Source: an uncultured Armatimonadia bacterium
GTDB taxonomy: Bacteria; Armatimonadota; Zipacnadia; Zipacnadales; JABUFB01
DNA length: 12,524 nt
NCBI GenBank assembly: GCA_964423635.1
Contig: CAYRFY010000184.1
Coordinates: 1-12,524 of the forward strand
Direction of reading: 5' to 3'
Made by a program: the position numbers and the translations under genes
The notes under the pieces: generated by a model
What the model was told of the DNA's origin: nothing
Seen by the model: the letters and a program-made list of their open reading frames with translations, nothing else
The model's database searches: none
Shown: piece after piece, positions 1 to 7,230 of the stretch
Layout of the letters: each line of letters begins with the position of its first letter
Position numbering within the stretch: position 1 is the stretch's first letter

Positions 1-91
1 GGGGGGGTGAGGTGACGTGAATCGGCGCCTGCCCGGAACCTGCATAATCTGAGGATGTAGGCCGCCCTCCGGACGCTTACCGCCGGGTTTC

Positions 92-439
92 CTACCCTCC
101 GTGCATCCGCGTCTGGTCCTCGCGCCTGTCTTCCCGGTGGCGCATCTCCTCGCTCGGCCCTGCCACGACCGCCGCCGTGCCGCCTGCCCTCAGCCTGCCG
201 TCCATCGCGTCCAGGCGTCGCTCGATGCTATTGAGCCGCTCGAGGATGGCGGTCAGATGGGCGGAGAGCAGGTGGGTGTCGCACGAGAGCAGGTCGTCTT
301 CCAGTTGTCGCGCGGCGTTCCGCTGCTGCAACTCCTCCATGCGCCCCAGATGCCTCTGGTGGTTGCGCAGTGCCAGCCCAACGCAGGCACCGATGGCTAC
401 CATCATCATCGGAAGCAACATCACGAAGGCATCATCCAT
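92..439 (-). CDS. Small single-pass membrane protein, paralogue 1. It has an N-terminal TM helix (FVMLLPMMMVAIGACVGLAL) followed by a coiled coil (RMEELQQRN...HLTAILERLNSIERRLDAMDGRL). PspB-like in architecture, tentative.
   Basis: The ORF track frame 92..481 was trimmed to an internal ATG at 437-439 (complement), which is preceded by a strong Shine-Dalgarno GGAGGTGA (complement of 445..452) with a 5-nt spacer. Starting at MDDAFVML aligns it with the N-terminus of the neighbouring paralogue. A hydrophobic helix followed by an amphipathic helix matches the PspB layout (TM, then a His/aromatic residue, then a coiled coil). The stop TAG is at 92-94. Confidence 0.6.
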   Translation of the reverse strand: MDDAFVMLLPMMMVAIGACVGLALRNHQRHLGRMEELQQRNAARQLEDDLLSCDTHLLSAHLTAILERLNSIERRLDAMDGRLRAGGTAAVVAGPSEEMRHREDRREDQTRMHGG

Positions 440-444
440 GCACG

Positions 445-452
445 TCACCTCC
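445..452 (-). promoter_or_regulatory. Shine-Dalgarno (GGAGGTGA) for the small membrane protein gene at 92..439.
   Basis: The reverse complement of tcacctcc sits 5 nt upstream of the ATG. Confidence 0.5.
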
Positions 453-477
453 GCACCCTGACGCGGGCCCACCGTGC

Positions 478-825
478 TCAATGCTGCTGGGTCTGCCTCT
501 CCCGCCTGTCCGTCCGCTCGAAGAGCTCATCGCTCCGGCCGGTCGACGTCGTGGCGGCGCATCCCTGCCTCCCGTTACCGTCAGTCTCGCTGAGGCGCTG
601 CTCGATGCTGTTGAGCCGTTCCAGGATCGCGGCGAGGTGCGCCGACTGCAGGTCGCCGTCGTAGCCGAGCAGCGCACGGTCGCTCTCGGCCGCCCGGTCC
701 AGGTTCCGCTGGCGCAACTCTTCCATCCGCTCGCAGTGCCGTGTCCAGTGGCGGAAGGCGGCGAACCCGAGCACCCCGACGATCGCCACGATCGGTATCA
801 TGACGCCAATCACGTCGACAGCCAT
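478..825 (-). CDS. Small single-pass membrane protein, paralogue 2 (MAVDVIGVMIPIVAIVGVLGFAAF, then RMEELRQRN...HLAAILERLNSIEQRLSETDG). PspB-like in architecture, tentative.
   Basis: ATG start at 823-825 (complement) with an upstream GGAGAGGA-like SD. The stop TGA is at 478-480. The protein shares the core MEEL(Q/R)QRN ... L(L/Q)SAHL(T/A)AILERLNSIE(R/Q)RL with the gene at 92..439. The DNA of the two cores is also clearly related, for example ctcgatgctattgagccgctcgaggatggcgg versus ctcgatgctgttgagccgttccaggatcgcgg. Confidence 0.65.
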   Translation of the reverse strand: MAVDVIGVMIPIVAIVGVLGFAAFRHWTRHCERMEELRQRNLDRAAESDRALLGYDGDLQSAHLAAILERLNSIEQRLSETDGNGRQGCAATTSTGRSDELFERTDRRERQTQQH

Positions 826-881
826 ATGCCCGTCCTCTCCGCCCTCCGGGGCCGGTTATGTCGCGCTTGCCCCGCGCCAAC

Positions 882-1826
882 TCACGTGGCGCGAGACCAC
901 ACGTCTTTGTCGGTGAAGATCCGCCGGAGCGTGGTGAGTTCCCCGTGGTCGAGCCAGATGCCCTCGCAGATCCGGCAGCGGTCCACATAGCAGCTACCGT
1001 CTTCGGCATACGCGCGGCTGTCCATCTCGGTGTGGTCTACCGGACAGACGATCTCTCCCTCGCGGTCGGTATCCGGCATGCGAATCGCGGAGCTGAGTTG
1101 TCGCTCCCAGGCGTTGAGCCATTGCTGGGAGACGTCCATGAGCAGCGACAGCGCTCCGGTATCCATCCAGATGCCGCCGCAGGTGCTGCAGTGGTCCACG
1201 GCGGGGTCCTCGTCCAACGCTATGCCACATCCGGAGGCGGTTCGCGAGCTCAGGGGATTGTCGCAGCGCGGGCAGAGCATGGCTCCCCGCCGGTCCTGCA
1301 GGACGGCACCGCAGCCCCAGCAGGTGGGCGCCCCCACGTAGTTCTCCACACCACAATCCTGGCACGGGAACTTCTGGATCAAAGAGACCACGTGCCGCAG
1401 GCGCCGGCGACGGGAGGTCGGTAGCGTGGGTGTCGACGCCTCGGGCTGCGCTCCGGTGGCGGCGGGCCTCGCCGGGGTGAACCTGGCGGCGAGTGCCGCC
1501 AGCTCCCCGTCATCCACCCAGATACCCTTGCACTGCGGGCACGCGTCGAGCTTGATCTCCGGGGAGTGGGGGTACGAGAACTCGTACAGGGCCACGCCGC
1601 AGCGCGGGCAAGATGCATCTTCCCGCGCCGCCGGGGCCCCGGCAGGGCCGGGGACATACTCGGCCTCGGCCGACCCGGAGCCCGAGCCGCCGGAGCGGAT
1701 CACCTGCCTGAGTTCGTCGGCGTCGAACCAGATGCCCCCGCAGGCGTCGCAGCCGTCCAGTGCGACGGCGCCGATCCTCTCCTGTCGCAGGGGCACGCCC
1801 TCACCGCAGCGTGGGCAGTTGGCCAC
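882..1826 (-). CDS. Cys-rich tandem zinc-ribbon protein. It has four repeats of CPxC-x(12-20)-CxxCxGIWxDxxEL (zf-TFIIB-like, PF13453-type ribbon) plus a central CQDCG...CWGCG ribbon. No TM segment, so predicted cytoplasmic.
   Basis: GTG start at 1824-1826 (complement) with a GAGGGA SD about 8 nt upstream. The stop TGA is at 882-884. The four repeats read CPRCGEGV...CDACGGIWFDADEL, CPRCGVAL...CPQCKGIWVDDGEL, CPRCDNPL...CSTCGGIWMDTGAL and CPVDHTEM...CRICEGIWLDHGEL. Composition and codon bias are consistent with a coding region. Confidence 0.8.
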   Translation of the reverse strand: MANCPRCGEGVPLRQERIGAVALDGCDACGGIWFDADELRQVIRSGGSGSGSAEAEYVPGPAGAPAAREDASCPRCGVALYEFSYPHSPEIKLDACPQCKGIWVDDGELAALAARFTPARPAATGAQPEASTPTLPTSRRRRLRHVVSLIQKFPCQDCGVENYVGAPTCWGCGAVLQDRRGAMLCPRCDNPLSSRTASGCGIALDEDPAVDHCSTCGGIWMDTGALSLLMDVSQQWLNAWERQLSSAIRMPDTDREGEIVCPVDHTEMDSRAYAEDGSCYVDRCRICEGIWLDHGELTTLRRIFTDKDVWSRAT

Positions 1827-1889
1827 TTTGGATCCCTCGCTTCACGTTGTGGATGGCGCGGCGCGAGTCCGGACACGCCCGCAGAGATG

Positions 1890-4778
1890 CTATCGCCGGC
1901 GCAGCACGAACACGCACCCCGACTCGATGTTCGGCACCTTCAGGATCGCCCGGCCCGCTTCCACCGTGCAGGCGAAGGGCTGCTCGCCCTCCGGGGTGAC
2001 CTCGAAGCATTCCACATCCTCAATGTAGTCCGGCAGCCCCACGGTGATCGAGACGTTCTTGGCCGGCTCGATCTCCGGCGGCTCCGGCTTGGAGGCCGGA
2101 ATGTGGTTGGCGGCGGTGACGACGATCGTGTCCGGTCCGCACAGCAGGCTGCTCACGGCCACCCGCGGCTTGGGCCAGGACTCATCACGGGCGACGCCCG
2201 TGGGCACCTCCCCGGCGTCGCAGGAGACCAAGTCCACCGGCGTGCCCAGGAGCAGATCGCCCTCGATGTGCTCGATCAGACGGTTGGTGGCGGCGATCTC
2301 GGCCGCAAACTCATCATTGAGCTGCCAGCCACCGGCGCCCGCCGAGTACACCCAGCTCGTCAGCCCCTTCATCCCACAGCCGATGGCCTGGACCACATTC
2401 TGCCGCCATTCGGCCGGCACCGGTCCCCGCGCACCCTTCGGCACTCCCTGACCGGTCTTCCAGCCGTACGCCTCCAGACAGGCGTACATGCGGTTCGGCG
2501 TGCCGCACAGCCGGGCGTAGGACAGGCTCTCACGCACGTAGGCGTGGTCGGCGCCGTAGTACGTCACGGGATACGGGTCGAAGCAGGCGATGTCGGCGAA
2601 GCGCCCGTATACGCACCAGTTCAGCGGTCGCACCGTGCCGTTCATCACGATCCACGAGGCGGCCTGCGGGGAGAACCGCTGCAGCAGCTCCTGCCAGCCG
2701 GACTGCGCCAGCCTCCGGGCATGGTAGCCCAGCCCTGTCGGGTAGCCACCGCCACGATTGTCGTGGGCGTCGGGCTCGTCGGGCCCCATCAGATACGCCA
2801 CCCGCGGGTGGAGGTCGAACATGCCGCCGGTGGCGCTGGTCAAAAGCCCGTACCGCTCGCAGACCTCCTGGGAGTGTGCGTGCCACATGGCCAGGTTCAT
2901 GTGCATCTGCTCGCACAGCTCGGGGGGCACGTGGATCGAGCTGCGCGGGAACAGCCAGGGCAGGACGCGGAACTGCGCCGCCACCTGCCTCCCGGAGCCG
3001 CTGGTGGCCGTCACCACATGGTACCCACCCGCCGTCAGCGGCGCCTCAAGTCTTGCCACGAGCAGCGCCACCCCGCCGGGGAAGTCGGCCCCGTAGCGAC
3101 GGACCTGCCTCAGCGGCTCGCCGTCCAGAGACAGTGCCTCGGCCGCCCGTATGCCCGGGGCATGCTGCCGCAGGTACACAAGCAGCGATTGCCCGTCCGG
3201 GCCGGTGGTCACATAGTCCACGGAGAGCTCCGCGGAGGCGTACGGAACGGTGGCCTCCGTCCTCGCGCCGCTTTCGGTCACCAGCGTCACTCGGGCCGCC
3301 TCGCCCTCCGGCCGGCGCCGGAAGCGCACCAGCACCTGGCCGCACTCCCCGGCCTCCAGCGTCCGCGGCCGCACTCGGTACCACACCACGCCCCGCGCGT
3401 CCCAGGCGTCGGAGACCAGATCCACATAGGTCTCATCAACCGGGACATCATTGAGCAGGAGGTCGGCGATGCGCACCGTCTGGGTCCCCGTATTTCGGAC
3501 GGCCAGGCGCAGAGAGCCGAAGTCCTCGTGCTCCTGATACAGCCGCTGCAGGCCCGCGAAGACGAGGCCCGTATCCTGCCCCTTCTGGCGGCCCTCCACG
3601 ACTTGCGACGCCGCCGGTGGGGCCGGGTCGGGCAGGTACTCGGCGGCCAGGACGGTGAGCTCCCGGCCGGGAGCCAGGTCCGGGCGCTCGGTCCAGGAGA
3701 TGTCGCCGCCGCCGGACAGCGCCACCGTCCGCAGGAGCAGTCTGCCCCCGCTCCGGGGCGCCACGCGCAGCTCGTGCACGCCGTCGGCGGGAGCCCTGCC
3801 TAGCTCTGAGAAGACGGTGCCACGGCGCTCGATGCCGGAGGCGGCGTCGAACGAAAGCACCTCCTCACCATCCCACAGCACCGCGCACTCTCGCGGCGAT
3901 TGCGGGTCGGATGAGAACTCCAACCGCACCATCAGCGGCCCCGACGCGCCCTGGGTCCGCACGAAGGTGGCAAGCGACAGGGGTGCCTGGCCCTCGCTGA
4001 GGTACTCCCTGCTCAGCGGGAACCCGCCGGTCTCGTTCAGTACCAACAGCGGGTTCTCGCCGGGGGGCGTGAGCCAGCCGTCGGCCTGCTCATAGTAGTG
4101 AGGGGCGCGCGCCCGTGGAGGGTCGGAGCAATCCAGCGCCGGGCTTCGCCAGCCCTGTGCGGAACGCAGTTGCGCCCATTGCGCCTTCAGCTCCGATTGC
4201 GGGTCCGCGGCCGCGAATAGCGCCTCGCCCGTCTGCAGCTCTACCCGCAGCTCATCGACGATGTTCGATACATACGTCTCCAGGCCGCTGTAGTTGTCCA
4301 ACACCAGGCGCAGCCATAGCTCACCGCCCCCCAACAGGCCCCCGGCCCGCTCCGTCTCCAGGGTCAGCGGCCCCGCCTGCCAGCCGTTGGCGTCGCCCTC
4401 CTGGCCCTTGCTGTCGGCCACCTGCTCCCAGTCCAGACCGTTGGCCGAGGCCCACAGCGTCGTCTGGCCGCCCAGGTGGCGGGCATTTGACCGCTGCGCG
4501 ACCCGTACGGACACTGCGGTGATCGCTCGCTCGCCGTGGAAGCGGTAAGTCAGCGTCCGGCGGCGGGCCGGGCCCTGTGTCTGCAGCGAGCCCGCCGTCC
4601 AGATTTCAGTCCCCGTATTGCTGAGGATCGCGTCGGTGAGGCATCTAGGGGTGGAGAAGTCGTCCTCGTAGACAAAGCTCCCCTCCTCATCGGGCCGGAT
4701 AGCGATGCCCGGCTCTGCGGCATGGCTGACCGGACTGAGCAGAAGCAGAAGAAGACCGACGGCCTGGCTTGCTCTCAT
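1890..4778 (-). CDS. Large secreted multidomain protein of about 962 aa with an N-terminal Sec signal peptide. The function is unresolved. Its C-terminal third is possibly a glycoside-hydrolase-like TIM-barrel region, and it has beta-sandwich-like N-terminal and C-terminal domains.
   Basis: The track ORF 1890..4883 was trimmed to an internal ATG at 4776-4778 (complement) that begins a classic signal peptide, MRASQAVGLLLLLLSPVSHA|AEP. The 35 codons upstream are Arg/Gly-rich and not protein-like. The stop TAG is at 1890-1892. Third-position GC bias is strong. The overlapping 745-aa plus-strand ORF is an antisense artefact. Confidence 0.8.
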   Translation of the reverse strand: MRASQAVGLLLLLLSPVSHAAEPGIAIRPDEEGSFVYEDDFSTPRCLTDAILSNTGTEIWTAGSLQTQGPARRRTLTYRFHGERAITAVSVRVAQRSNARHLGGQTTLWASANGLDWEQVADSKGQEGDANGWQAGPLTLETERAGGLLGGGELWLRLVLDNYSGLETYVSNIVDELRVELQTGEALFAAADPQSELKAQWAQLRSAQGWRSPALDCSDPPRARAPHYYEQADGWLTPPGENPLLVLNETGGFPLSREYLSEGQAPLSLATFVRTQGASGPLMVRLEFSSDPQSPRECAVLWDGEEVLSFDAASGIERRGTVFSELGRAPADGVHELRVAPRSGGRLLLRTVALSGGGDISWTERPDLAPGRELTVLAAEYLPDPAPPAASQVVEGRQKGQDTGLVFAGLQRLYQEHEDFGSLRLAVRNTGTQTVRIADLLLNDVPVDETYVDLVSDAWDARGVVWYRVRPRTLEAGECGQVLVRFRRRPEGEAARVTLVTESGARTEATVPYASAELSVDYVTTGPDGQSLLVYLRQHAPGIRAAEALSLDGEPLRQVRRYGADFPGGVALLVARLEAPLTAGGYHVVTATSGSGRQVAAQFRVLPWLFPRSSIHVPPELCEQMHMNLAMWHAHSQEVCERYGLLTSATGGMFDLHPRVAYLMGPDEPDAHDNRGGGYPTGLGYHARRLAQSGWQELLQRFSPQAASWIVMNGTVRPLNWCVYGRFADIACFDPYPVTYYGADHAYVRESLSYARLCGTPNRMYACLEAYGWKTGQGVPKGARGPVPAEWRQNVVQAIGCGMKGLTSWVYSAGAGGWQLNDEFAAEIAATNRLIEHIEGDLLLGTPVDLVSCDAGEVPTGVARDESWPKPRVAVSSLLCGPDTIVVTAANHIPASKPEPPEIEPAKNVSITVGLPDYIEDVECFEVTPEGEQPFACTVEAGRAILKVPNIESGCVFVLRRR
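4719..4778 (-). other. Signal peptide (about 20 aa, AXA-type cleavage after SHA) of the secreted protein.
   Basis: Basic N-terminus MRASQ, then a poly-Leu hydrophobic core, then SPVSHA-AEP. Confidence 0.6.
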
Positions 4779-4810
4779 AGCAAAGACCTCGCGGGACACG
4801 ATAGCACGAA

Positions 4811-4833
4811 GCCCCGGCGCACGGCACCGGGGC
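4811..4833 (-). other. GC hairpin (gccccgg, 9-nt loop, ccggggc) in the intergenic region between the kinase gene and the secreted-protein gene. It could be a kinase terminator or an attenuator-like element.
   Basis: The 7-bp perfect stem is read directly. On the minus strand it is followed by ttcgtgctat, which is only weakly T-rich, and it lies about 40 nt upstream of the secreted-protein start. Confidence 0.2.
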
Positions 4834-5149
4834 CTGCCAAAGAGCGTTCGCCCCCGGCCACCGCGACTCCTCCGCGGCGCCACGTCGGTGTCCGTCGGGG
4901 TCCGCCGAGCCTGTCGGCAAAGCCTGTGCGCCGCCTCGGATACGCGCCGGCGGGCGACGTCCCGCGGGTAAGCGCGTCCTCAGTGCGGCGGCAACACATT
5001 CACAGGATCATGACGACACTCTTCCTACGCGTTTCGAGCGATGGCAACGAGGCACGTAGGCGGCCCAATTGACTTAGCCGACCGGCTACGCCGTCGCCGG
5101 CGTCGCGCTGTGTGGCTTCGTGCGCCGCCGCGCGGCGCGGCCGCCGACG

Positions 5150-6811
5150 CTACTTGCCGGCCACCGCCTCCGTGATGGCTTCCACGAGCCGGGTCATGTC
5201 GAAGGGCTTGCGCAGCACTCCGCAGGCTCCGAGACGCTGAAGCTCCTCGTCGAGGCCCTCTTCGCCCCGGCCTGTGATGGCCAGGACCGGCGGGGGACTG
5301 CCCACGCGGCGGGCCCAGGCCAGCACATGCCTGCCGCCGCCGGCGGACATGCCGACATCTGTCACGACAAGGTCGAACTCCGCGGCCTGAAGCAGCGCCC
5401 AGGCCTGGTGAGCGTTGTCGGTGGACAGCGTGTGGAAGCCCGCCAGGCGGAGAATCCGAGTCACCGCATGCAGAAACTGCGGCTGGTCCTCCACAAGCAG
5501 TACCCGCAGCCCCGGGGGCGCCGCCTCAAGAGCCTGCAGCAGCGCCTCCTCGGCCTCGCCGGCCTGCACACATTCGCCGGTGCAGGCGGAGAACCGCAGT
5601 TCGAAGGTCGTCCCCGTCCCGAGCTCGCTATCCACCTCCAGGCTCCCCTGGTGCCGCAGGACGATGTCCCGCGAGACGGCCAGTCCGAGACCACTGCCCC
5701 CGACCGGCGTCGACTGGGCCTCTCCCTTGGTGGTGAAGTAGGGCGAGAACACTTGGGGCAGGTGCTCCGGCGCAATTCCGGTTCCGGTATCCGAGACGGC
5801 GACGACAACCTGCTCGCTCCCGTCGGGCGCCGTTTCGCGCCAACTCCGCACGTCCAGGATCCCGCCATCGGGCATGGCCTGACAGGCGTTGAGAAACAGG
5901 TTGAGGAACACTTGCTCCAGTTGCCCGCGGTCGCCCTCCACGAGGTTTTGGCGGCTTCCGGCGTCGCGCTGAATCGCGATACCCGTGTCGCGGGTGTGAT
6001 GGGCCGCCAAGGACAGCGCCGCATCCACGGCTTCGTCCAGGTCCAGGGGAACGCGCCGGGGCTCATCGGGCCGCGAGAAGGTGGTGATCTTGCGGCACAG
6101 ATCGCCGCCACGGGGAACCAGGTCACGGACGGTGTCCACCAGTTCCTCGTAAGCCTCCTGCGTCTGCACGTACCTGGTGAGGTCGGCTGTCATCACCAGG
6201 CCCGAAAGCAGGTTATTGAGCTCATGAGTCACGGCGGCCGCCAGGCGTCCCAGGGAGGCCTGACGCTGCAGGCTTTCCATCTGGTAGCGGGCGGTCACGT
6301 CGGTCAGCAGTACCGCAACCGCACCGTCGGCCAGGAGAAACGCGCGGGATCGGCACCACTTGCCTGTGCCAGAGAAGCGCAGCTCCGCCTCGGACGGACC
6401 TGGAGCCGACAGCGCCCGCATTACAAGGGCCGACAGCTCCTGGGCCTCCTCGCCGTACAGGTCCTCAATGCGCTTGCCCGCGGCGTCGGTGTCCAGCCGG
6501 CCGGTGAGGGCCTCCCAGGCCGAATTCCAGCCCTGCAGCACCAACTCGCCCGAGCCGGCGAAACTGCGCCCCGGAGCGAACTGAGCGTAGCCTTCATCTA
6601 TCATCGAAAGCAGCCAGGAGGCCTGCGGGAGCGCCCCCGACAGCCGCAACGGCGAAACTGTGCCGCCGGGCGAAGCCGAAGACCCGCCACCGGGCCCCCG
6701 CTTCCGATCGGCAAGCAGGCCCAACAGCGCCGCCAGCAGCGCGAATGCGGGCAGGGCCATATGCTCCGCTGTCGTGTAGCCCGCGGTACAATCCAGCGCA
6801 CTCATCATCAT
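5150..6811 (-). CDS. Hybrid sensor histidine kinase/response-regulator. Domain order is an N-terminal TM anchor, a PAS-like domain, HisKA (H-box AAAVTHELNNLLSGL), HATPase_c (N, G1 DTGTGI and G2 GSGLGLAV boxes), then a C-terminal REC domain (LLVED...DLVVTDVGM...LAITG...LRKPF).
   Basis: All canonical kinase and receiver motifs are read from the translation. The stop TAG is at 5150-5152. The track ORF start at 7018 was rejected because its first roughly 69 residues are Arg/Cys/Gly-rich junk. The start was placed at the ATG triplet MMM (6803-6811), immediately before the hydrophobic anchor MALPAFALLAALLGLL. An alternative start is the ATG at 6758-6760. Confidence 0.85.
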   Translation of the reverse strand: MMMSALDCTAGYTTAEHMALPAFALLAALLGLLADRKRGPGGGSSASPGGTVSPLRLSGALPQASWLLSMIDEGYAQFAPGRSFAGSGELVLQGWNSAWEALTGRLDTDAAGKRIEDLYGEEAQELSALVMRALSAPGPSEAELRFSGTGKWCRSRAFLLADGAVAVLLTDVTARYQMESLQRQASLGRLAAAVTHELNNLLSGLVMTADLTRYVQTQEAYEELVDTVRDLVPRGGDLCRKITTFSRPDEPRRVPLDLDEAVDAALSLAAHHTRDTGIAIQRDAGSRQNLVEGDRGQLEQVFLNLFLNACQAMPDGGILDVRSWRETAPDGSEQVVVAVSDTGTGIAPEHLPQVFSPYFTTKGEAQSTPVGGSGLGLAVSRDIVLRHQGSLEVDSELGTGTTFELRFSACTGECVQAGEAEEALLQALEAAPPGLRVLLVEDQPQFLHAVTRILRLAGFHTLSTDNAHQAWALLQAAEFDLVVTDVGMSAGGGRHVLAWARRVGSPPPVLAITGRGEEGLDEELQRLGACGVLRKPFDMTRLVEAITEAVAGK

Positions 6812-7163
6812 TGCCGTCCGTCCCCATCGTCTTGCGTAGTCGGCTCGCGGACAGGCCCGAGAAGCGCCGGGAGCGCTCCGCAGTGACCTGCCTCCATACC
6901 CTGCGCAGCAATTTCGTGCCAAAACGGGCTTCGCGGATTCCACCCGGCACCCAGGGCGTGTCGGGGAAGTCTCGTACGGGGGGGCGGCGCTCGCGACGTC
7001 GGCGCTCCCCGATGACATGAGCTGGGCCGGCCGAGCCTTTCGGCCGCACCCAAGGAACCGAACACTCCCGCCGCCTTCACAAGGGGCCCCCGCCGAACTA
7101 CAAGGAATACCGAGGACGCTATGCGCCGCTGCACACTTATCGGCCCTTGGTGGCGCGCAGGAC

Positions 7164-7194
7164 TTGTCTCTCGCGCGGCGAAACAGCCTATAGT
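7164..7194 (+). promoter_or_regulatory. Candidate sigma-70-type promoter for the PspA-like operon: -35 TTGTCT (7164-7169) and -10 TATAGT (7189-7194).
   Basis: An AT-rich TATAGT hexamer stands out in a roughly 70% GC background about 37 nt upstream of the ATG at 7231. The 19-bp spacer is longer than optimal. Confidence 0.25.
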
Positions 7195-7230
7195 CCGGGG
7201 TGCGGTCGGCACCGAACCATCAGCGGGGAC

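Noticed and set aside
40-50. A TGCATAATCT -10-like hexamer near the window start.
   Set aside because: No appropriately spaced -35 and no downstream gene in the window. It sits in the 3' region of the minus-strand operon, so it is probably fortuitous.
9-455. The 11-mer GAGGTGACGTG occurs at 9..19 (plus) and inverted at 442..452. It could be terminal inverted repeats of a tiny mobile element flanking the first small gene.
   Set aside because: An exact 11-mer match between strands is expected by chance many times in 12.5 kb. There is no extended inverted-repeat similarity, no target-site duplication and no transposase.
101-990. Plus-strand ORFs 101..664, 177..461 and 370..990.
   Set aside because: They overlap the two small minus-strand genes, which have strong SD sequences and a conserved paralogous core. 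The plus-strand translations are Arg/Ser/Pro-rich and non-protein-like.
1566-3803. A 745-aa plus-strand ORF overlapping the secreted-protein gene.
   Set aside because: The translation is dominated by Arg/Gly/Ala/Pro/His runs (RRRGPGRAGD..., GGGDDDRVRS...) and has no domain-like segments. This is typical of an antisense frame in roughly 70% GC DNA. The minus-strand frame has a signal peptide, balanced composition and the correct codon-position GC skew.
5120-6886. A 588-aa plus-strand ORF, with smaller nested ORFs at 5415..5741 and 5461..6126.
   Set aside because: These are antisense or alternative frames of the hybrid histidine kinase. All the H, N, G1, G2 and receiver motifs are in the minus-strand frame 5150..6811.
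6808-7212. A 134-aa minus-strand ORF and small plus-strand ORFs (6745..7020, 7121..7363) in the kinase/PspA-like intergenic region.
   Set aside because: Their composition (Arg/Pro/Ala/Gly-rich) and lack of an RBS indicate non-coding intergenic DNA. The region is better explained as a divergent promoter and regulatory region.
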